Shown here piece after piece: positions 37,347 to 57,464 of a stretch of DNA of 64,000 nucleotides. The stretch's first letter is position 1, and every line of letters starts with the position of its first letter. The notes beneath the pieces are model-generated. The model did no database searches. It saw only the letters and a program-made list of their open reading frames with translations, and had not been told where the DNA came from. Source of the stretch: the human T2T-CHM13v2.0 reference genome, Homo sapiens; NCBI RefSeq assembly GCF_009914755.1, contig NC_060947.1; one strand, 5' to 3'. The translations under genes were made by a program, and so were the position numbers.

Positions 37347-37435
37347 CAAAGGGTGGCACTCCTTGACAGACTCCTCGTGTAAGTTTTCCTCGGGAATGTC
37401 TGGAAGACAAGAAGCTTCACCCTCCTCCTAGAGGT
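37347..37435 (-). other. PLAC1: Candidate distal non-coding first exon of PLAC1 (P1 promoter)
   Basis: Minus-strand donor TTTG|GTAATC at 37347 in a unique segment ~5.2 kb downstream of the PABIR2 3' end. PLAC1 is the known same-strand neighbour, and its distal P1 start lies close to PABIR2. The 5' boundary rests on recollection of gene spacing, not on sequence. Confidence 0.55.
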
Positions 37436-37462
37436 GAGAGTGTGTGGTTAACACTTCCCCGG

Positions 37463-37605
37463 AGATTTACTTTCAGCTTCTCCTATAGGTTCATTCCCTA
37501 GTGATTTTCTTTCAGCTTCTCCTATAGGTTAGCACTCCCTGTGGTTTTCTTTCAGCTCCCTCTATAGGTGAGAGTGACTTTCTTTTACTCCCTCTATAGG
37601 TTAGA
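37463..37605. repeat. Degenerate tandem repeat, ~4 copies of a 35-40-bp unit
   Basis: ctttcagct(t/c)c(t/c)(c/t)ctataggt recurs at ~37470, 37509, 37549, with a looser copy at ~37582. Confidence 0.85.
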
Positions 37606-37905
37606 GCGTGGGGTTACCTTGTTCAACAAAATTTTATTGAGTGACTATTCTATTTCAGATAGGATAACGTGGGGTTACTTAGTTTAACAAAATTTTATTG
37701 AGTGACTGTTCTATTTCAGATAGGATAGCGTGGGGTTACTTAGTTCAACAAAATTTTATTGAGTGTTCTATTTCAGATAGGATAGTGTGGGGTTACTTAG
37801 TTCAACAATATTTTATTAAGTGACTGTTCTATTTCTGATAGGATAGTGAGGGGTTACTTAGTTCAACAGAATTTTATTGAGTGACTATTCTATTTCAGAT
37901 AGGAT
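37606..37905. repeat. Tandem array, 5 copies of a ~61-bp unit (periods 61, 61, 57, 61)
   Basis: Unit consensus GCGTGGGGTTACTTAGTTCAACAAAATTTTATTGAGTGACTRTTCTATTTCAGATAGGATA; GGGTTA starts at 37611, 37672, 37733, 37790, 37851. Confidence 0.95.
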
Positions 37906-38340
37906 GCTAGCTGCTGAGGATACAGAAGGAGAAAATGGGAGAGTTTGTATTATGATTGAGCAAGGGTTGGGAAAGAAAAGAAGGGAAAAAAGGAAGTCGG
38001 CAAGTGGACGTAGACTATAACATACACTCCTTATCTCTGTCTCCTAAGATTTGGGCCATATCTGGCTATGGATCATTCATACTATCATTTACTCAAGATG
38101 TATTTAAATTAAGTCACCTTTCCTTTACTATACAACTTGCCAAGTTTACTGTAATAAAAAGCTTCCTATCACTATGATAAATGGAACATCAGTGTCATAT
38201 GCCACAAACAGAAGGCTTGTTTAAACCACTGCAATTCAACTTTGGCTCCTTCAACCTCTAACAGTACACTAATGAGAGCCTCCAGAGGACCTTCTAATTT
38301 TAAGATCCAATGGGAAAATTTCAGTCCTCATTTCAATTGA

Positions 38341-42316
<3,976 letters not shown>

Positions 42317-42654
42317 CCTTTTGCCTGTTTATCTACCCTCATCTTTTTCTAAAAATAATTTATAGAGGCTTATCAATATGTAAAAATTTTAACAAGATAA
42401 ACCAAATTGAAAACGAGGAAGAAAGATGTATGACCCTGGCAAGAACCTTCTAAGTTGTCAAATTCTACAAAATACTCTTGAAAATTTGATTATGTGGAGA
42501 GGTTTCACTTCGTTTTGGCAAACAGCCCCAACTTCAACATAGCTATTCGTTCTTTTGTGTTTCTGATATCCTTTTATTCAAACTTGACCTGCAATTAGAC
42601 ACAGAGAATAAACTACTGGGATATAGGGGCAGAAAATAATTATTATTAAGAACA

Positions 42655-42708
42655 AAGGACAGACTTTTAAAACACTAGTAAATTTTATGCATGTATACAC
42701 ACTTTATT
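42655..42708 (-). terminator. Probable PABIR2 polyadenylation signal
   Basis: AATAAA on the minus strand (tttatt at 42703-42708), followed ~25-50 nt later by GU/U-rich TGTTTTAAAAGTCTGTCCTTTGTTC. Other hexamers lie at 43001-43006 and 42573-42578. Confidence 0.65.
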
Positions 42709-44048
42709 AAATTTGCATTCTAAGATATACACAAGGCCAGCATTTCACAAAACTTCCTATTATTCCAAAAGCAGTAATCATGAAACAGTGATTATATAAG
42801 TCAATCAAGCAAAAAACATTATCTATAGGGTTGTATCATATCATCTCTTATACCTGTTTTCAAATAGAAGCCTGAAATATATGATATATATTAGAATAGG
42901 AAGAGAGAATTTTACTTTATAACAATCGCTTTTCAAATATTAGACTTTATATAAAAATAAAGGGGTCTTAACAAAGTTCATCTGTGAGTTAGCATATCTC
43001 TTTATTTCAAAACAATCCCTGCAAAAACTTAACTTTCCAGTCCATTTAAACAACAAAAACTAAAAATGAAGCTTGGTTTAAATAATAAAGTGAATCATCT
43101 TGTCTCCTAGTTCTCACACCATTGGAACAACTTCCATTTCCTGACCTAATTCTATCCCACCATTGAATTTCAAAAATTAATGTAAATACCATCATATTTC
43201 AGTTATTTCTTAACAGTGTTAAGTTCGAGCCTAAAAATGATGGCCAAGTGTCCCTTTAAGGCAAAGAAGACAGTAGGTGGATAAATATCCTGAAAGACAA
43301 AACCATCTATTATCATTATAGAGGCAGAACATTTTGACATGATCTTTTACAAACAGAATAGATACACTGCATACCATCGAAGAATTTTTTCTTTATAATG
43401 GCATACTAGGGGACAAGCTTCATAATAGATTTATGTTACGTTTGAAGAAGTAGAGACTTTTCCCAGATGAGAGCAATACAAGAAATAAAGCCATTAATGG
43501 CTGTTATGGTTACAATTTAAAATAAAGGACACATCGGATGCTGTAACAGAAGTACTGCACGCTAAGTGATGCTCTCTTGTAATTGAAAGAGAATGGGTTT
43601 CCCTTCAAACCATATGCTATTACTAGTCTCTGAGTGCCTTCAAAGCACATACTCTTCCTTTAAAATCCAAGGATCCTTGCCTTCAAAAGACACAAATGCA
43701 GTAGTTTTCATTTCTTACATTCACTTAAAAATGGATTATGATTCCAGCAGGCAAATCTGCATATTAAATATAGACAACCCAACCACAGTATCTGAACGTT
43801 AAAAGAAATCTATCACGACAGACATTTTACCTAGTTATAAATAACGTAACAATAGATCACACTCAGATTTCTTAAACAGCTCACTCAGGAGTTTCCTCTT
43901 TTAAAAATTAAATAACTTATGGTACCTCACACTTATAGCACATACACAGTTCATAGCTGAAACAGCTTCTTAAAAGCAGAATGCACAATCACATTGACTT
44001 TTTCAGCTTCTAAAAGCTTCTTTGTAGATATTAAACTGCCCTCACTAC

Positions 44049-44156
44049 AAGGCAGTATGAACAAGAACTGGATTCTGATTCTGGTGGCAACACAATAACT
44101 ATAAGGCAGTAAGAACAAGAACTGGATTCTGATTCTGGCAGCAACACAATAACTAA
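44049..44156. repeat. 54-bp tandem duplication (2 copies) in the PABIR2 3' UTR
   Basis: aaggcagta(t/a)gaacaagaactggattctgattctgg(tg/ca)gcaacacaataacta at 44049 and 44103. Confidence 0.95.
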
Positions 44157-44397
44157 AACACCATTCACCACATGACAAAACAAACAAATCCAATGACAAA
44201 AAGGAATCGGAAAAAAAGCAGCAACAGAAACAGTATGTGGCAATCATTCACATAAGGCCCCTCTTCCACCATACCTTATGATATACATCCCTTATAGCAT
44301 GACAATGTACCCCAAGGCACCTGAGGCCTCATAATACCACTCGAGACACTGACAGCTCCATGGACGCTTTTGTACACAGTGGTTTGTGTGTAAATAA

Positions 44398-44467
44398 CTA
44401 TTCATTCATTTGTAGATGCTCCACACATCTGGTCAAGGCAGGAATTTCTTCTCCTTGATAACACCAC
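44398..44467 (-). CDS. PABIR2: Alternative terminal coding segment of PABIR2 via a distal acceptor inside the 3' UTR (W-WCYQGEEIPALTRCVEHLQMNE*)
   Basis: ttgatatttctag|G TGG TGT TAT CAA ... AAT GAA TAG is in frame with the TG| donor at 54934. I recall this C-terminus from a FAM122B isoform (unverified). Confidence 0.65.
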
Positions 44468-45251
44468 CTAGAAATATCAACAATATTTTATATATTCCTT
44501 AGGGCAACAGGTTTGAGGAGAAATATATCAACTGTGGTAGCAAAGTCATAAGAACCTGTGATGACTAATCCAAGCATCCTGTAAGTCCGTTTACATTCTC
44601 AGCACTAAAATCAATGCTCACTTCACACACCCCAACAGCAAAGAAGCAATAAGAGTAATGAAAGCAACTACGTATTTCTTCCCCTCTGTGAGAAATGGCA
44701 TAAGCGGCTCAAACAGGAAAGGGAAACAAAATAATGTACTTGAAGCTGATGCAGAAAAATAAAAATTTAATATAATTAAAAGCAATTTATATATCATCAT
44801 GAAATAAAGAGAGATTTGAAACTATGTAGTCAACAGAGGACAAAAAAAAATCTCTCAAGCAAGAGAATTTCTGATCAAATCTGTCATATCACTGCTGCGG
44901 AAAAGGACCATTAAAGGCAATACACATCAGTGCCTTTCTTAAATGTATAGACTCAAAATAGGTGTTTTTTGAGGCACTAAGAAAAAAGATTCCTCTAAGC
45001 AATCAAAAATCAGCATTTGAGATTTAATCACTAAATCCAAAATGAGATCAGCAAAACCAGATACTAGTAAGGTCACTAGGCTCACAAAATTGAACTTTGG
45101 AGAAGAGAGATGCCAAAGAGTAATAATAGCATCAGAATGTGTGAAATCTGTAAAACTTTAATCCTCATTATGGATCAAAGTTCTCTGCGTTCCCCACTAA
45201 ACATTTTATGTAGGAAACAGCAGTTAAAACGTTGAATCAGAAATGGTTAAG

Positions 45252-45476
<225 letters not shown>

Positions 45477-46364
45477 TCACAAATCAGTAAATCACTTGTA
45501 AATAATAAAAAAGCATAAAGCCACAGCAATGAACTACATAATATACTACATTATAAAGCCACAGAAATCCAAAGTAAGACTCTTCGAGGTCCTGTATCAT
45601 TTGATTGTCCCCCCTAGAGGCACCAGACCGCCTAACCTACAATAAACGTTCCTCGTGACATGCCATGGTTTTCGGGAGGGAGTTCCTTCACTTCACTTCA
45701 GCTCAAGAAATTTCTATTCTTATGTTTACCTTCCCATCAGGCTTGGAGCAAGAGGAATGGTTACTTATTGAGGTAACCATACTCGGACTATCAGAGGTGT
45801 TCGATCAAGTACACTGCCTCATAGTTCCTCTACTCTAAAACAAAGTCTTTCAACTCCCCTAGAGTTATCACTTCCCCATTCCCAAAGGGCCTTCAATTCA
45901 AACACATTTTTTAAATGATTTCCCCCTCCAATTCTATGCCATTTATAATTCCTTACACTATTTCCTTTCTTCTTGCTTTCAAAACCCAAAGGTCTATTTC
46001 TAGAAGAGTCCCTTTCTTTGATCCCTTCAGTTATTCTCCAGTTAAGCTTCTACAATGAATAATCTACACTTGTGGTCTCAATACCCGTTGTCTATTGCCT
46101 CTTTATCCTGACAACTGGCTCCTGTTCCTATCCTTCCAGTAAAACTCCAGATCTGGACATCAAGAACCTCTATACCCAGCCCAGGGATTCCTTCCCTATC
46201 CAGCCTGGGGGCTCACTGTTCCCCAACCATCAACCTGGCCTGACTCATGAATCTGGCTCCATACTTCAGCAAGGAACTGAGAGCCTTTACAGTCTGGCAT
46301 CAAGCTGCCTTTCTGGCTTTGGTTTCCATCAATCCAGTAATAAGCTCTATGCTTTATATTTGCC

Positions 46365-46720
46365 CTGAATTCAATCATTCACTTATTCTAATATTTACTG
46401 AGTGCCTGCCAAGTGCAGGAAGCACACTAGATATTAGAAATACAATGGTGTTTAAAACAGACGTGGTCCCAGCCCTCATTGAATTTACAGTATTGTGCAG
46501 GAGACAGACATTTAAATAATCATGCTAATAAATATATAATTATAATTTGCAGTAAAAGTGATAAAGGAAAGATACAAGGGGCTATGAGAATATATAACAT
46601 GGGTAACCTAACCTAATTCGGAGGAATGAGAAAAGGTTCCCCAGAGATGATATTTGCTATAATCTGAAGGATGAGCAGGTATTAACTAGTTAAGATTTGG
46701 GAGGAAGCAAGGGTAGTTCC
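46365..46720 (-). mobile_element. L2 3' end remnant
   Basis: tcattcacttattctaatatttactgagtgcctgccaagtgcagg..cactag ... gtggtcccagccctcattgaatttacagt. Confidence 0.8.
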
Positions 46721-48361
46721 AGGAATCAGTGACAGACAAATCAGGAGAGGTAATTGGGCAGTTTTAGAATTTACACAGACACTTTTTATTTTTGAAAAGG
46801 AAAAAAGCATCGAATTGGAGAAGGAATTATGAATCAGGAAACATGGGTTCTAGTTTAAGTTTGGTCACTAGCTCCTTTGAAAAAGCCCATTCCAGTCTAA
46901 CATGCTCTGAGTCGAAATGTTAGGAGTCTTTAATATTATCATTTATCTGAATGTCCAAGTTAATGTACTTCTAGTGTTAAAAGTAACCTATGGTACATTA
47001 GAAAGTTTCTGGGCCCTGTACTACCCTCAGTGAAATATATCACCCCCACCCTTGCTTCTCTACTCTTCTGCTTTTCTTTAAAATGTCATTTCATTCCATT
47101 GCTTGTGGATTGTTTTTAGATGGAGACAGACTACAAATAGGCTTCAGAAAAGTAAAAGTAAAAATGGAAACAGTATATTCCACACTACTCCTACTCTACG
47201 CTCACTGCTGTCAAATGCATCATTAATAATACCACTGTTAAGTAAGAAGTTTGGAAATTTTAGCTGGCTCCGATATTTTTTCAACCAAATGGCAAAATGG
47301 ATCTAAAATATGAATTATTCAAACTACTGAAAGAAAGTTGCACAGATAATCCAAGACATTGGAAAATCAAAAGACCTTTCTATTTGCCTTTGGAACATAT
47401 GTAATTTTTCCTCCTGCAGCTTTTTGCCTAGACTAATATTAAAATGAATTTACTTTCCTAAAGCACATATTGGCCGGGCAAACGAAGGACACGCTCTTTG
47501 CTACTTGGCAGGAAGAAATGGGCTTAGATTAAAACTTGGCCACCAAGCAGATAATCTGAATATAAATAAAGAATTCTTTATTCTAACCACCAGACTTACG
47601 GTGAGCCCTGGGTTAAAAGATTCCATTTGTAATAAGGCCTGCTTGCTTGGGTGAATCCTGTATTCATTCAAAAACACAAAACATGACTCATGCAGTGAAA
47701 TTTGACTTCTAACACTGCTGATTACCTTAAGAGAAATAAGCTAATTGAGGAGCAGAAAAAAAAAGCCCTGAACATTTTATTTCAGAATGTCTTCCCTATT
47801 ATTAAAATATAAATATATATAATTTTGTTCATTAACAGAAAATAGCACACTTACATTTAGTTTCCACTGCAATTTAGATTCAGAACTTGGTAAATCTTTA
47901 ACCAGACATTTTCACTTAACTAAAATCTAGTTTCTGTTTGAATTAATCTGGTACAACTACTCATGGTCATGGAAGCAGAGACTTCACGTCACAAATCACT
48001 CATTGTTATTCTATCCATGTCAAGTAAGACTTACATGATTTTTTAACCCACAGCAACATCACTGCACAAAAGTAATTTTCACAGTCTACTATTAAATCTT
48101 CTACTAGAGCTTCTAAAAGCAACAAGTTCTGGTCTAATTTGAGTTTATCTCTTCTTTCTTTCCTAGCTTAAGCTCTGATGGAAGTGCTAATGAGCCTTAC
48201 TTAGACTAATGGCCGAAAGCCAGACAACAGTAAAAAAGGATCTGGACAATTCAAATTGGACATAGGAATCCTTGAATCAAAACTGAACAAATTAATTCCA
48301 GCCACTGAATATACATATTGAGGCAATATTTGAATCACACAACCAAAAGTACTTATGACTT

Positions 48362-48684
<323 letters not shown>

Positions 48685-48715
48685 CTAGAAAAACTAAGGA
48701 TGAAGTATGAGCAAC

Positions 48716-50218
48716 TCATTAAAACAGTCCAATGATAAAGTAATAACAAAGGTAGGATGTCCAGTGTGATTCATGCTATCACCCCATCTGGCTGAGCCAC
48801 TTTGTGCCTTGTCTAGTCAATAAGCCGGGTCCTATCAGATTAATGACGGGCAGGTAAATGCACTAGAAATTAGTCACAGCCCTATCAAGCCTAGCACAAA
48901 TTTTGGTATAAGGTATGACTATAGGGCATCCCCACACCCCTTGCTCTGGGTTAAACTGATATATATGGCATGTTCTCTGGTCTCTACTATCTTATCTTAA
49001 GGGTCCCAGTATTATCCTTCTGAATAACCTCTAAGTTTTTAAGATCACATATTTAAATATCAGTCTGCAGTCATGCTGAGGACAGGAGTGTTTTTGTTGT
49101 TTTTTCTGTTTTAACTTGCTCATTTTTATGGTGAAGGTAGACAGGAGTTTTAAACTATCAGCACAGATGTCTAAGTTGCTCACATAAACATCTCTAAAGT
49201 GTGTGTGTGTGTGTGTGTGTATACACATGTACTTTAGAGATGTGTACAGACATACACATTCCTGTTAATTAATGATTAAAACTTATGTTTTGTACTTGTC
49301 ACATATTCATGATGAAATTTTGACATGACACATATAACATTAAAAATAGTGTTAGAACCACTAAGACAAATTTAACAAAAAATGTGTTAAAACTATCACA
49401 TTAACACTGAAGCACGGGGTAAGGAAATTTGTAAGTTTTCCGTTCATAAAAAAGAAAGACTATCATTTAATCATCACCGTATGGCCAGCAGCCCTGAAAA
49501 CTCCTTTATTTTATATAGTATGCTGCAGACACACACAGTCTCACCCCCAAAAGAATGAAGAGCAGATTAAGAGCTCCCAGTGTGCAGAAAGAATCAAAGG
49601 TAGACTTCTGAGTTATGCTCAAATTTTGATGTCCATAAGGACTAAATACAGAATGACATAATTCCTGCCTTGTGGTTGATAATGTCCTCCAGATTTGGTT
49701 GGCAAAGACTTGGGAATTTTCGTTTAGTAAAAGAAAAGAAAAGAAAAGAAAAGAAAAAAAAAGTATGCCTAACTGGACACAAACTCCAAATGGGTCCACA
49801 CTCAAATTTCAAACTTAATTTATGCTTCAAAAGATGTCAGATTTTAAAGATTGTTATCTAGTACATAAACTTTAATCTAAAGGCTGTAAAAGCCATCTCT
49901 CCTTTTGTTGGGTGGGGCAGGGAATAGACTATAAATATTTAAATGACAAGATAACATCTAATGATCTGATCCTTTTTCTGCTCTCTAAAAGATAGAGGGC
50001 AGTTGTTTCTGTAGTTTCATTAAAATAGGAAATCATTAAAACCATCCAATGATAAAAGTAATCACAAAACTAAGATATCCGGTTTGATTCATGTTATCAC
50101 CCCATCTGGCTGAACCACTTTGTGTCTTGTTCAGTCAATAAGCTGGGTTCTATCAGATTAACAGCAGGTAGGTAAATAAACAAAAAATTAGCCGCAGCCC
50201 TATCAAGCCTAGCACAGA
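48716..50218 (+). repeat. Two diverged ~185-bp direct copies (48716-48900 and 50033-50218)
   Basis: Shared colinear blocks tcattaaaac, tccaatgataaa, gattcatg.tatcaccccatctggctga.ccacttt, agtcaataagc.gggt.ctatcagattaa, cagccctatcaagcctagcaca. Confidence 0.9.
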
Positions 50219-50357
50219 TTCCTTAGTTTTGTTATCAAGTAGGTTGCCAACCTTGGTAGCAGAAACCAGAACACAGCTGATTCCTATCTCTATCCCCATT
50301 TCTAAGAATATGAACATCTGATTCTGATTAATGAAACTACATTAAAGAGATAAAAGA

Positions 50358-53710
<3,353 letters not shown>

Positions 53711-54932
53711 TCCTCAGCTGTAAAACTCAGGGAACAAAAAAAATTCTGAAAAACAGTACACAATTGATTACACAAGTATTCAGTGAGTTGATCAGAACAT
53801 ACTGAAATATTTCAAAATATTACCTGGTCACTGCTACTTATCCCTTCCCCTTCCTTCCAATGTGCACATGAGCACTCAAGTGCTCAACTTCAGGTATAGG
53901 AAAAGAAGTTAACGTTCTCATGAAAACACTGAAGGCCCTTAAAGACCTAAACTAGGATGAGTAAGATTTAAAAAACATGTGTGTGACTAGACCGTAAGAA
54001 TCAGGAAATGTTATTATAAAAATGAAACCTTAGCATTGTTCTGAAATATTTCATAATTTTCTAAAAGATAACAATAGATAATGCTAATCAGAGAATACTA
54101 TGCTTAAGAGAATCCTGGTATCCTCTGCTAAGTCAAAAGGACTGGATACAAAATGCAGGCAGAGCAGCTACAATCAATACACATTACCCACAGCCACCCA
54201 GAGACTCTTTCTCACACCAGCCAGCAGTTGGCACTGCCACACCATTGGCAACTAATGACAGGCTGACCTAACAGGAGCTGGGAACGAAAGCGAAGGTGTC
54301 AGAAAGACATATATATTTCCAAATGAAATACTGTTGACTTTGAAATAATCTGTTTTTTCACATTATCCTCCATAGAGATTTCCCCTTCATGGGGGCATGG
54401 ATAAGAAGTTGAAAATATTTTAAATTAGAATCTTTGGACAATTTTGATGGTAAGGAGCTGGGGGGCAGAAAGCATAATTTTATTGAGCTAAACACCTCAA
54501 GTGAAGCTTCTTCAGACTTGAGGTGATGAAAAAATTTTAAAACTTAAAAGAAGAGAAGCTTCTTCATTCACTGTAATAATTTTTAAAAATCTGTTAGTTA
54601 CCAAGTCACCATGTTTTAGGACCACATTTCTGGATTCCTAGAGAATGCCATTTACTATGACTTGATAAAAATCTAAGTCAACTGCTATTCAGATTCATTT
54701 GCTATTAACGAAGCACCTGTATCAACTCTTTCTAATCTCTTTGCAATGGTGTTTTGAGTTTTGTCAGGTATCTGTTTTATAATATTGTCACATCCCCAAA
54801 ATAATGATATAAAAAATAAATATTAACAAAATTCAAAAAAAAATATTTTAAATTATCCCAATATACTTTCAATGTGGCTCTTTTAAAATGGATTATACTC
54901 TAATATACTTTTCATTTTATTTCATTTTTTTA

Positions 54933-55067
<135 letters not shown>

Positions 55068-56576
55068 TTACAAATACAGGCGTGGTGCTAACATATGATG
55101 ACCTTTGTTTAACCAAAGCTCAGAATACTTCTTCAAACCACTTCTTAAAACTATTTTCCCATGTGCTTTAACATGGAAGAAATATGCTTCCACATAAACT
55201 CAATCAAAAAGTTGGCAGCCCTAAAAAACTTCTCACTCATTATCCACAGCGTGCTATGGACATATTCACATTAATAGGAAAGTAGAACACTGACTGCATC
55301 AGGCAAAATGAAGCAAGGCTGACCACAGTAGAGATAAGGAATTCCCAAATAACTGAAACTCACAGTCAATATTGTATGCTACATGGTTAGCAAGGCCTAT
55401 TGGTTTTATATATTTTGATACCTGAACATTTCCTGAGATGGTGTCAAACTGGTTTAAAAATGTGTAGTCTGATAAGTAGTGTATAAGTAAAAAGTTGCTT
55501 TCACACTATTTAATGAAAATGAAGATTAAAAAGATAAGTTTGAAAACACACCTGTAATCAAAAGCAAATCTTACTCAATTCACAAAACTGGTATTGTACT
55601 GACCACCTCAATCATACAGATCTTCTCAGAATTGCTAATAGAAAAACTTTGCACCAACAGGGATAATGCTTAACATTTTGCTACCAGGAGTACAAAGAGT
55701 AAAACCCTAAGTTAGAATAATCTCCTTTAAAATCAGGCTCTGATTTTATTTAAAACATACACATTCCTTGGTTCTGAAGCTCTTCATCTGAGCTTGAAAA
55801 CGGAATGTTCAAGACAATTTAATTCATGAGCCTGTCTATACTCCAGTAGAAAATTAGTAACTTTGAACTTAAAACTGTACAATTAGAATGAAAAAAGATC
55901 AAGCAAGAACAAACGCAACATTCATTTTGTCCATGTTATCAACTAATTCATATTATCTTTCCTCTGGGACTATTCTGAAAATTGCTGAAAATCCTCAAAA
56001 GTTGTTTTTTTCCATGCTTTAATATGCAGCTTTTAAAAGTTGCTGCTGGGCTTTTGAGTTCGCCTCACTAGCAAAAGACTTTAGCTCTTTTGAGCAAAGA
56101 ATTCCTCCATCTGCTGGTGTATTTCGGAATAGCTGTAAAACTAAACAACCATACTAATTCCTTCAACTTCCTGCAACAAATTTTAAGTTAGTAATAATAA
56201 CAACAATAATAGCTTTATTTCCAACTGTTATTTTCACTTACTGGCTACTGAGAACATTCCTAGGACTACAAATAACTCCCTATAAGATTAAGGAAAGACT
56301 GTTTATAAAATAAAACTTATAAACTAAATACAAATATTGTCACCATATCAGGAACTATTTTCCAGAGCACACCATCTTTAATTTTAAGTTGTTTGAAATA
56401 CAGCACTTTTGGAATCTGTGTATGATCCTATGATTGGAAAGTTTTCAAAGCCACAAATACCTGTTCCCCTAACGTTAGAAAAGTTGGTCTGTTTATTGGC
56501 CCTGAAGGTGATCCGCACAAAGAAACCACTTGCTGAATTGCTTTTAAAAGTACGGTTGGCCAGGCACGGTGGCTCA

Positions 56577-56876
<300 letters not shown>

Positions 56877-57266
56877 TTAAAAAAAAAAAGTTATTGTTAA
56901 TGGCTGGGCATGGTGGCTCATACCTGTGTAATCCCTGCAATTTGGGAGGCCAAGGCAGGTGGATCACTTGAGGCCAGGAGTTTGAGGACAGTGTTGCCAA
57001 CATGGCGAAACCCTGTCTCTACTAAAAATACAAAAATTAGCTGGCCATGGTGGTGTACTCCTGTAATCCCAGGTACTTGGGAGGCTGAGGCAGGAGAATC
57101 GCTTGAACCCAGGAGCCCAGGAGGCAGAGGTTGCAGTGAGCTGAGATTGCACCACTGCACTCCAGCATGGGTGACAGAGCAAGACCTTGCCTCAAAAAAA
57201 AAAAAAAAAAAGTTATTGTTAAGACTCGTTTAAAATGACACGTTGACACTTGCAATCATGTAGTCA

Positions 57267-57464
<198 letters not shown>

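Larger units (their letters stand above)
37145..38215 (+). repeat. Pair of ~170-bp direct repeats (37145-37315 and 38045-38215), exactly 900 bp apart
   Basis: taagatttgggccatatctggctatggatc...atggaacatcagt..ca.atgccacaaaca occurs twice, colinear without gaps, with about 8 substitutions. Confidence 0.95.
42680..45251 (-). other. PABIR2: PABIR2 3' UTR (~2.6 kb, AT-rich, no recognisable Alu)
   Basis: Follows the TGA at 45252 with no Alu until a minus-strand AATAAA at 42703-42708. The 3' boundary is approximate. Confidence 0.75.

Noticed and set aside
37606-37905. Regularly spaced repeats superficially like a CRISPR array
   Set aside because: Units are contiguous with no unique spacers, the DNA is mammalian and there are no cas genes; it is a tandem repeat.
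53824-53890. Donor CCAG|GTAATA in the last PABIR2 intron
   Set aside because: The only nearby acceptor is a weak GAAG, so no convincing exon.
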